From positions 116,870,001 to 116,934,000 of the forward strand of contig OX597814.1 of the NCBI GenBank assembly GCA_951406725.2: a DNA stretch of 64,000 nucleotides, in the 5' to 3' direction. The position numbers were made by a program, and so were the translations under genes. This DNA comes from Octopus vulgaris. Its lineage: Eukaryota. A model generated the notes under the pieces. It was not told where the DNA came from, made no database searches, and saw nothing but the letters and a program-made list of their open reading frames with translations. This document shows, piece by piece, positions 53,870-64,000 of this stretch; the first letter of the stretch is position 1; every line of letters starts with the position of its first letter.

Positions 53870-54849
53870 AGGTTTGTGGGTGTAGACTCCCCTAGTTTCA
53901 CCTCCATGGATCGCATCAGTAGCAATCACGTCTACAATTTCGGCTAGGTTCTTAAGTGTGATCAACAGAAATTACTTACGTCACCTAGTCATCTGATTCT
54001 TCGTCTAGCTCAAGACCTGCCGATTTGCTCTGCTTTAATACTCCTTCATGCTGATTTTCTTGCGACAACCAATGTTCTAACTATTAAATAGATTGAGTCA
54101 AGCATTCCACAGATATAGTAAGGATAAAAATGGCCAGGGTATGAACCGTAATCTCCTCTGTTGGATGTTCGCTACAGAAATATCTAGATAATATTTAGCA
54201 CTGATTGCATTAAGAAATTTAAAATACACCATTTAAGAAAAAAAAAGTATGCTCAAATATATACCACAGTATTTGTTGAAAAGTGTTGGACATATCGATA
54301 AATTCTTTTGACAGCAAATGTATCTCTTACGTCATTTCTTATTACTTATTGCCTTATATAGAAATGTGACAACATTCCTCTTAATAATACGTGCAAGATG
54401 TAAATTAGTCTGTGAAGTTCATGAAGTTTACTTTCGTTTAAACAAAAGATAATTGATAAAATAAATTTTGATAATGTATAATTAAGACAAAGAATGAACT
54501 TCGGCCTTTGAAATAAATTTGCATCATGTAAATAAAGCTGAAACGTTCATATTCGAAAATACGTAAAATATTTAACATATAGAATATATTACAGTGCGAC
54601 ATTGAGCGTAATAGCAAACATACCACTATTAACCCAAGATAAATGAATACGAAACCTTATAGTTTGAAATTGAATTCCAATATAAATATGGCAACGAAAT
54701 TGAAAATGAAAGATATTGAAGTTGATTTTAATAATAATAACCAGAACAATCGCGAGAAAACATTATAAACGAAAATACTTCGACCGCCAATAATAATGTT
54801 CATCATGTTTAATTTAATTAAAAGGCTATCCATTTTGTTGGCAGACGGT

Positions 54850-55225
54850 TAGTCGGTACCTGAAGACTGTGTAAATAAACTATACTCCGTTTTATCAACT
54901 GCGGAGGGAAGAAAGACGAAGTTGCCGTGAGCGTTATTTGAACTCAAGAAATTTCCGAGAATTTGTTCGGCGACCTATCAACTTTCCAAAGACGCAAACC
55001 TCTACCTACAACAACAACAAAAACAATAGTAATTGTTTCAAATTTTGGCACAACGCCAGCACGTTTGGGGAAGGAATACGTCGATGATATTGACCCCACC
55101 ACTGAAGTCGTACATATTTTATAGACTCAGAGAGGTTGTAAGGCGAAGACGACATCGGTGGCATTTAATATAGAACATAAATACAGGCAAAATGCTGCTA
55201 TGAATTTTGCCTGGTGCACTATTTC
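54850..55225 (-). mobile_element. Old degraded SINE family B units
   Basis: Patchy similarity (aaggcgaagacgacatcggtggcatttaa; atttgaactca). Confidence 0.55.
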
Positions 55226-56549
55226 TTCTAAGCAGGATTGTAACAAAAGTAGAAAGAATAATGTAAAAATCTTTATTTCAACGCTCAAACAATTCTGTTT
55301 CGTATCAAACTAATTACAATAATTATTCATGTTATGTTCTCGGAACGCTATCTTATGATCTTTACTGCCACATATGCAGCAACTATGCCTTTTTAGGAAT
55401 CGTCGGTTTAATTTATCTTTTCACCTTGTCACTGATACAATGTATCTTGTAGATATTTTGTTTTGTTTTCTTTTCAGTTTGTTCATATAACACCCGATCG
55501 ATTAATTGTTCCTGGAATCAGGCTTTGACGTCATTACAATTCAGCAATATTTCCTAATGGTGAAAACATCTTATATCAGTTTGTATCTGTGACAATATCT
55601 GTAACCGTGAATGCAGTATTACTGAAACTCGTATAATTATTTGCCCTCCTGTTGCCATACATGGTGCGTCTTTACTGTACGTCTCCCGAAAGTCGTAAAT
55701 CAGCCATTTCCTGTACCGATTTACGAAGAAATTCGTCGAGAAATTAGACACTTTTATTGCAATGTAACCCGTTAATACCATCACCATTCTTTCTGACGTA
55801 TGACCAGTCGATTTTCTAGAAGCATCCCAGTTTAGAAAAACACGGACGTTTTAGTGGTGATCTTTTGTGCCCCACATCACTCCTTGTTAAATTACCAGTT
55901 CATACAATTCTGTTAATTGTTAATTGTTAAATTACCAGCTCATACAATTCTGTTAATGGTTGATATCACCATTCAGCTTTTATCTTTGTAAATTATTGGA
56001 AGCGTGGCTTCTGCTTTTTTGTTAATCCCTACTCCTCTTCAATGCTAATTTACAATATGATAAGTCTGCCCAGTCCTGGAAGGGGGTAGCTGCCGGTAAA
56101 CATTACTGGTAACAACGAAAAGAAGACAAGAAGACGATGCCACTTGCTTATGTGCTGATTATCCTTGGAGCTGTAATAGGAGACGACATTCTGTAAACCC
56201 GTAAAAGCTGCCATAATGTTTTATATTTCGAAATCCATTCACAGTGTTTCCTTTTCTTTCTTTCTTACCCTATGCAGAAATATCTCCAGCAGTATTTAGT
56301 GCATTCTATATAGAAACTGGGCCTTCTGTTGTGCGTCATATATGCTGGAACGAAAATGGTGCAATTTATATTTGGAAATTGGAGCATAGTTTTGAGAAAG
56401 ATTTTCATTATTTATTTTCATGTAATATACAATCCTGAAGTGGATAATAAAGAGCCTGGTATTATGCTAAATGCACTATTTTCAGTGTTTACTTCTCAAC
56501 GTCAGTTTAAAGTAAGGAAAAATTAATGTCGAATGAACTGTATATACAA

Positions 56550-57380
56550 AGTATATAAAAAAAAGTAAACGCTATTAGCAGAACTTAAGTTAAGATTCTA
56601 AAACTTTGGAGTCGATAGAATAATCCTGAAGGTCGCAGTCGATGTTCCGCAATTGTAAACAATCATTTGAAGGTGAATTTAGATGCAGAATTACGCAAAA
56701 CAACAAAGGAGACTACACATGAAGTAATGTAAAACATTCGAGTTGTTTGACATTTGCTTCACATTGAATTGTTATGAAAGCTGGACAAAATAAAAACTGT
56801 TGTAGAAGCTAAAGCTGAACGAATAAATTCACTGTTTGCATGTCTGCATGCAACGAAGGCGATCCATTTGGTGATGATATGTGACGAAAAATATATTACA
56901 TTGCACAAAAGACAGCGTTCTTTGTTGTGGCTGATCTAAAAAAACACCCTCAAAATTTATGATTTTAAACTGAAGTTTTATGGCTAGTGTCTTGCAGTCG
57001 GCAAGTAAAACAAATCACTAACAATTCTTGATTTTTGGCGAAGCACCACAGTAAAGATATATTGCCAGAATATATGGTTATATGCATTAAGTGCAAAGTT
57101 TATGACCCATTTGTTCACATTTCTCTAAAGTTAATTGCAGAGATAAATAAGACTAGAATACGAAGCTATACTTTATTCGGTTTGCTTTCAACCCTCTCTC
57201 GAAAATTCTACTACATTTTGGAGAAGCAGCTCAATAGCCTCCTGCAAAAGTATTTCAGAACAAAACTGACTAAAACTAGCTTCAAAAATTTCATTGTCTT
57301 CGGGATCTTATTGTGAATAGTTTGAGTTTCTTGCTGATGTAATTGTATAGACACTAATGGATAATGCTTAAACAGAAATA
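56550..57380 (+). mobile_element. Highly degraded mariner relic
   Basis: ICDEKYI (TCDEKWI-like) near 56880; length and layout fit a decayed mariner. Confidence 0.45.
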
Positions 57381-59544
57381 ATCTTGTGAGCTATAAGTTG
57401 CTGTAACAAATGATGATTTACACCTGTAATCACACACACACACACACACACGCACGCACACACACACATACACGCACACACACACACACACATACACACA
57501 CACACACACAAACACGCATGTATGTGAATCAGCCTGATAATCCTATTCTGTCTTCATCTTGAGGCTATCAATACTTATCAAAGTCTTGGCAGCGACAGAG
57601 TGACCGCTCGCTCACTTGCTGCGCAATGGTGATGAAAAGCCAAGCAACGATGTCGTGCTAATATTTAAGGTAAAACCTGTTGTTTCGGACACCTCTACGT
57701 TAGGATACGCTCATAGAGGTGGCATCTTATCTTATACACTAAATTACCACGCTTTTGATTTCAATTTGCTGCAAGAAACTTGATGGGAACCAGGTTTGCA
57801 TATTTCGAGGTCAGTTACAACTTTCCTCTCTTATAATAGAGTCTGAATTTTAATTGTCAAATAACTTCATAATCCGACCAAGTTCTCCAAATTTGGGTGG
57901 TATGCAAATAATCACCTTTGCTCTATATTCTTACACTAAAAGACGGTTTCTGCCATTGGCATTTTCTTCTGCTCCTCAGTTTTTGAAAGTATGGTGCAGG
58001 GTACGCGAAGATGGAGACAACCAGGAAAAACACTGCACAATTTGTATACTTGTGTTATTTGCATCTATATTATTTGTGCTGTTTAGATAATTGTGTGTGT
58101 GAGAGTGAGTGTGGGTGTGTGTATGTATACGAGTGTTTGACTGTGAAAATTTCGTTCTCTACATGGTGTCTAGTCGTTTTCAATTTTCATGCAGTTCTTG
58201 GTATACGTGCGATCATTAAAAACGTTATTGTTGCTTATTTTGCTGTTGTAGTCGTTACTTCTTTCTGTCTCAGGTGCAGACAAAGGTATAGTACATAAAA
58301 TTTCTCTTCATCATATGACAGAAGAGGTAACAAAGTGCCCCAGCGTGGCCATATCTTTGAGCTGAAACAGATGAAGAAAGTGAAGAAAGTCACGAGTTGT
58401 TCATGGTTTAAAATACGTAGCATTCGCACGTTAAATTCTTCCATACAACACAACCATGCATCCCGCTTTCGAAGTAAATAAAATTCCTAATATTGCCACA
58501 TCTATAATTCATGTCAGTAAGTCGGGCCTCTGGCGATATTCCTGATGATGTAGACTGGCACGTAGATAAGAATTTTCCACTGAATAACCATCAGTTATCA
58601 TGAGTGGTTAGAAGACACGGGTGTTCTCTCACTCTGTCACTTCGTTATTCAATCATAAATAAATTCTCAATGAATCAATAGTTGTTAAAAGATTGAACAA
58701 ATTATGTTCGAAGAAGAGATTGCTTACATAATTACTTATTTTAAACATCACCTATATATAGACTAAGAGAAAATGTATTTGCGTGCTTCTCTAATCGCAC
58801 TGAAATTAATTCAAAACCACTTATGTTTGAGAGGTACAAAAGAGACGATATAGATTATTCGAATCCCTTGCAGCATTTTAGCTTTTGTCACGCTACGCAT
58901 GAAATTCAAGTTTCGGTGTACAGATGTTAACGTTTATCTACATCCGGAAAGGAAGCAACGTAATATAGTGTTCATGAACCAAATATATCCTTCTTAATTT
59001 TGGCCTTCTGTCCGAATTATCAGTCATTTACCTACCTAAAATATTGATTCTTGACAACTGTATCTTTTGTTTTGGCTGGTCACGATGAATTAAACCGACC
59101 ACAGAATGTGAGTGGTATTTGCTTTATTTATCTGCCAAATAACACTGACAGGTTAACCAAACTCAGCGATATTTGAATTTGCGAACTTTATTTAATACAA
59201 CAAAGAATCACAAAATTTATTGCGATGCACCTTTGATTCTCTTTTCCAAGACTCATATTAAAACACAGGGTTGATTTAATCGATTTTTTATCTCTCTTTG
59301 AAATGTTTTTGGTCTATGTTTGTCAGCTTAGGGGAATCGTTAGAATATTGCCCGCAAAGCTTTGCATTAATTGTGCCGCCTCTTTTGTTCTGATTTTGAA
59401 TGTTACCAAAGTCAAATATTCTTTACATCCTTCCCTCTTTGATAAAATGCACCACCGGTTTAGCGTCCGAGTCTATGACGTCAGTTAGCGCGCTCCCTTA
59501 GGAATTGCAGACCTTATGCCTATGTCATGAGCGTTGTATTGATA

Positions 59545-60230
59545 TCATCGGTGTCGTCATCATTATCATCATCATCATCATCATTATCGTTGTCGTCGTC
59601 GTCGTCTTTGTCGTCGTCATCGTCATCATCATCATCATCGTCGTCGTAATCTTTGTTGTCGTCGTCGTTCTTATTCTCTCCATCTTTTCTTCTCCTTCTC
59701 CTTCTTCTTCTTTTTCTTCTTCTCTTCTCCTTGTTCTTCTTTTTCTTTTTCTTCTTCTCTTCTCCTTGTTCTTCTTTTTCTTTTTTTCTTCTTCTTCTCT
59801 TCTCTTTGTTCTTCTTTTTCTTTTTTCTTCTTCTTGTTCTTCTTGTTCTTCTTCTCCTTCTTCTCCTTCTCCTATCCTTCTTCTTCATTTTCTTTTTTTC
59901 TTCTTCTTCTCTTCTTCTTGTTCTTCTTTTTCTTTTTCTTCTTCTTCTTCTTTTTCTTCTTCTTTTTCTTCTCCTTCTTCTTCTCCTTCTCCTTCTCCTT
60001 CTTCTTCTTCTCCTTCTTCTCTTCTCCTTGTTCTTCTTTTTCTTTTTTCTTCTTCTTCTTCTTCTTCTTCTTCTTTTTCTTCTTCTTCTTCTTCTTCTTC
60101 TTCTTCTTCTTCTTCTTCTTCTTCTTTCTTCTTCTTTCTTCTTCTTCTTCTTCTTCTTCTTCTTCTTCTTCTTCTTCTTCTTCTTCTTCTTCTCCTTCTC
60201 CTTCTCCTTCTTCTTCTTCTACTTCTCCTT
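59545..60230. repeat. (ATC/GTC)n followed by long (TTC/CTT)n low-complexity tract
   Basis: Direct reading. Confidence 0.95.
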
Positions 60231-62552
60231 TTCACGTTAATGAATGTGAAAATCAGTAAAACCAATGGCCATAATCCTGTAGCTTGCACACGTCAGCGTT
60301 TTGCTTTCAAATTCTTACGGAATTGTGTTTTGCCTCTTAAAACATCCTACGACCATTTGCAAATAATATTAGAAAAGTCGATTCAGTGGTCTACACCATA
60401 CTCCCTGTTGATGTAATGTAGTTGGGCCAATGTAATAAATTAATATTATGCTTTTCTTTTCTCTAAATTCATATTCTCATAAGTCCTCTGTGAACGTTAT
60501 ACATCCCTGATGTCTAGATGGTAGACACTGTCTCCACATATTCTGTAAACACACTAACCGTAGTTTTTTCTTCTTCTGGCTTTATACGGTGTCATTATGT
60601 TATTTATCTACTTCGAGGTCTCTCATCAAAAACGAATTATTTCACATATGTTGAAATTTTAAAATTATTATGACATAAATAGAAATTCTATTTACCTCTA
60701 ATTTGCTAACGATACCTTACTTAGTGACTATGAGAGTCGCTTAGATTTTCCTATCTATTTGGCTGAGAACTTTTCGTTGTTTTCTTCTATATCTATAACA
60801 ATGTAATACTGAGAACCTATTTATAAGTATGCATGATCTATATAGGTCACTGAAACAGATAGTTCGTTAAAAGTAATTTCTACGAAACGTGCGAAATGGA
60901 AACTACCATTGTCAAAAAAGGAAAATAGAAAGATTGCGAAGCTATAGTTGATAACAACAGTGCAATCTGCACTGATAGAAGCACAGAAATGGATCGGTAT
61001 TGATAGCGTGAGCAGATGATTACGATTGTAGAGACTACCATAAATGACTAATTGCAAATGGAACGAAGAAAAATTCCTTTCATGTGAAAAACCATTTTGA
61101 GAAATTACGAGGAATTTTTCCACTACTTATTAGCTGATTACCTTTTAGAGGTAAAACGTCAGTTGATGGTTACGATGCATTCACTTCCCTCTTTCACACG
61201 TCCTTTTTTCACGATACTGAAAATGAAAAGAAAATTATAGGTAGGATGAGGAAAATGTTTAATGACACGTGATCTATTCAAGGCGATGAAAAGACAAATT
61301 CACATAAAGATAGCATTCACATCAGATATCACCTATATATCATTCTACAATGCGTTGGTTTTCTTTTCCTGTGATTCTCAAATTGTAATCGATATACTGG
61401 GAATAAAAGCTGAAATAGCATTTGGAAAATAAAATGCATATATATGTAGTTCATTCCTGCTTTAAAGCAATATGGAATTTAGCATGCAACAGAAATAAAA
61501 AAAAAACTTAGAAGAGAAAACATCTGCAGTAAAATACATCTAATATCGCATTCAATAATATATGGCTTTAATTAGACATTATCACAAGAATGATAAATTT
61601 TAATAACCTCAAAGTTTGAATAGCATACACATACATACATACGTACATACATACATGCATATATATATATATATATTTATTTATTTATGCATGCATGCAT
61701 GTATGCCCTCAAACATACATACCTACATAATGCATACATACATTCCTACATGTATACATGCATATATATATATATGCATATGTGCGTACATACATACTCA
61801 CACATATGCATACATGCATTTGTAAACCTATAGAATGCTTTGAAGCCAAAATGTTCTCAGGGTAACAATGCTCAACTGCTTGGAACCTTTTAGTTTCTAT
61901 ATGCAGATGATATATTCATATTTATGCTAACAAGAGTTAGCAGATATGATTTAATGAGAAATTGCCTAACTGACAGTTTATATGAGCTTGAAATCTCAGA
62001 AAGAGAAATCAACCAATCGTCACGCCCATTTCAAATACAATCTGTAAGTGGAAGATTAAAAATACGCAAGATTTTTCTCGTGTTTCAAATGTGACACTGT
62101 ATATGTTATTTACATTCCAACGATGAAGCTTTGTAACTTCATTAGAAAACACCTACTTATTCAGAGGAAAAATATTAATAAATAATTAAAAATAACTAAA
62201 ACCAGCAGAGAACATACGTAGGTCTGTGTGAGTGTATCAGTATGCATGTATATATATATATAATGGATGAATGAATTATCCTTTGTTTACCGTTAACATG
62301 GAAACTTCAATAAACAGCTACCAGAGTAGCAAAATTCACGCAAGTAACAGGGATGTAGCGACCTATTCAAAGGTTGGAACTCCGGGTTAATGTGCAGTAA
62401 TTTGTGTAGTATAAGGAAATTTGAATAGCATCTGCGTTCAACTCCATTTATTTACTTATATATATATATTAATGATAATGATAATATGACAACAAAAGAA
62501 TGAATTAAACCTCGATATTATGTAAATAGAGGAAGTTATCTATAAATATAAT

Positions 62553-62663
62553 ATGGGACAATTAGTCAGGTGCCATAATAAAACTCAGAGTTTCGGATGT
62601 CGGGACGGAATGCTGCTCCGACATCTCGTCAGTTTTATTATGACAGCCGACTAATTGTCACAT
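62553..62663 (-). ncRNA. Type I hammerhead motif with about 30-bp stem I in a Penelope-like repeat
   Basis: CTGACGA-GATGTCGG[loop]CCGACATC-c-GAA-ACTC-t-GAGT-T; the flanks form a long inverted repeat. Confidence 0.7.
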
Positions 62664-62959
62664 ATTATATATATATGTGTGTGTGTTTGTGTGTGTGCGT
62701 GTGTGTGTATGTGTGTGTGTGTGGTTCTGTGTGTGATCAAGTTTGTGTGCACATATACATACGTACACATACACACACACACATACACACACACATACAC
62801 ACACACACTCACGTACATATACACACATGCGAGAATCAAGAGCATCTTTCAGCTAGAAACCTAATAATTCCCCGTACTTGCTCTAATGAATGTCGTCTCA
62901 TTTGTAGGAAGGTGATAGCTTCAGCTTTTGAGAGATACACAAGATATTGCGTTTATTGA

Positions 62960-63413
62960 CTAACGTATAAGCCGCCACACCAACAATGAAGATTATTATG
63001 ACAACTTGCTTAGGCAGTTACGAAATGCTAACAAGGTCAAACATACATACAGGAAAATTGACGGAAGGGGTGTTGTTTCATTAGGACAATACTCCAGCAT
63101 TGATGTCAATGGCTGCTTGTTGATCAGCCTCTCTAATCTTCTGATTTCGCTCTATATGATAATCATCACTTACGCAACATGAACCGACTCTTGGCTGGGG
63201 ACCACTATCGCAGTGTAAACATTATATCTGCTATTGATGACTTTTCTGACCAACGGGATGACAGAATATTCACCAATGAGATCCAAGCACTGTAAAACCG
63301 ATGGTAAAATTATGTGGACCGCAAAGGAGACTAGATTAGAAAATAAAACTCATTTGGTCACATTTCATCAGATTATGTTGGTCAACCAATGAACTTTTCA
63401 GCCGATCCTCGTA
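62960..63413 (+). mobile_element. Mariner 3' remnant with TIR
   Basis: VLFH*DNTP (HQDNAP-like); ends in gaacttttcagccgatcctcgTA; related to 4330-5297. Confidence 0.75.
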
Positions 63414-63816
63414 TATATGTATATATCAAACAGGTAGAAATAGCGCTCAATACTAAACCACGTACACACACACAAACACACACACACAGACACACACACA
63501 CATACACACACAGGCACACACACACGTGCACACACAAACACAAACAAGCATCACACACACGTACACACACAAGTATATTAATCAAAAGGAATTTTATTAA
63601 CATATACGTATGTTTGTTTAAGCGAGTAACCTCTGTCATCCATTACTCGGGAAATATCGTTGAGTCACGGTGTGTAACAGTAAGTAACTTAAGAGGACAG
63701 TTAATTTATTTTATAGACATAGGAGCGTTTTTCACAGTGCAATTCTCATTGAATTGGACTTAGGTTAGCCGTAATATAATTGTCGTTTACACAAATAAAG
63801 AATATTTTACGAAAGC

Positions 63817-64000
63817 AGGAGCGTGGGAGTGGCTGTGTGGTAAGTAGCTTGCTTACCAACCATATGGTTCCGGGTTCAGTCCCTCTGCGTGGCATCTTGG
63901 GACAAGTGTCTTCTACTATAGCCTCGGGTCGACCAAAGCCTTGTGAGTGGATTTGGTAGACGGAAACTGAAAGAAGCCCGTCGTATATATGTATGTATGT
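63817..64000 (+). mobile_element. SINE family A head (runs off the window)
   Basis: gtggctgtgtggtaagtagcttgcttaccaacc...gggttcagtccc. Confidence 0.9.

Noticed and set aside
59505-60416. 303-aa Ser/Leu/Phe-rich ORF and overlapping poly-E/R ORFs
   Set aside because: Trinucleotide low-complexity tract that lacks stops by composition

Overview
AT-rich, microsatellite-saturated animal genomic DNA. The SINE and simple-repeat landscape suggests a cephalopod, probably Octopus (inference from recalled repeat families, not a database result). I found no supportable host gene exon, and nearly all six-frame ORFs are microsatellite artefacts. The window is a transposon graveyard. It holds one near-full-length CR1/L2-group LINE (40788-46076) whose ORF1 has Myb/SANT-like and CCCH motifs and whose ORF2 is APE-RT. 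It also holds two R4/Dong-type RT fragments, L1/Tx1 fragments, a complete but mutated DD37D Tc1/mariner element, several mariner relics, a non-autonomous Helitron and at least four modular tRNA-derived SINE families. The most interesting signal is non-coding. About ten minimal type-I hammerhead-ribozyme-like motifs sit in Penelope-like tandem or inverted repeats. They include a family whose core carries a compensatory C3G/G8C swap (GUGAACA) and a unit in which a tRNA-like Pol III head precedes a hammerhead body. All structure and family calls were made by eye and need computational and biochemical confirmation.
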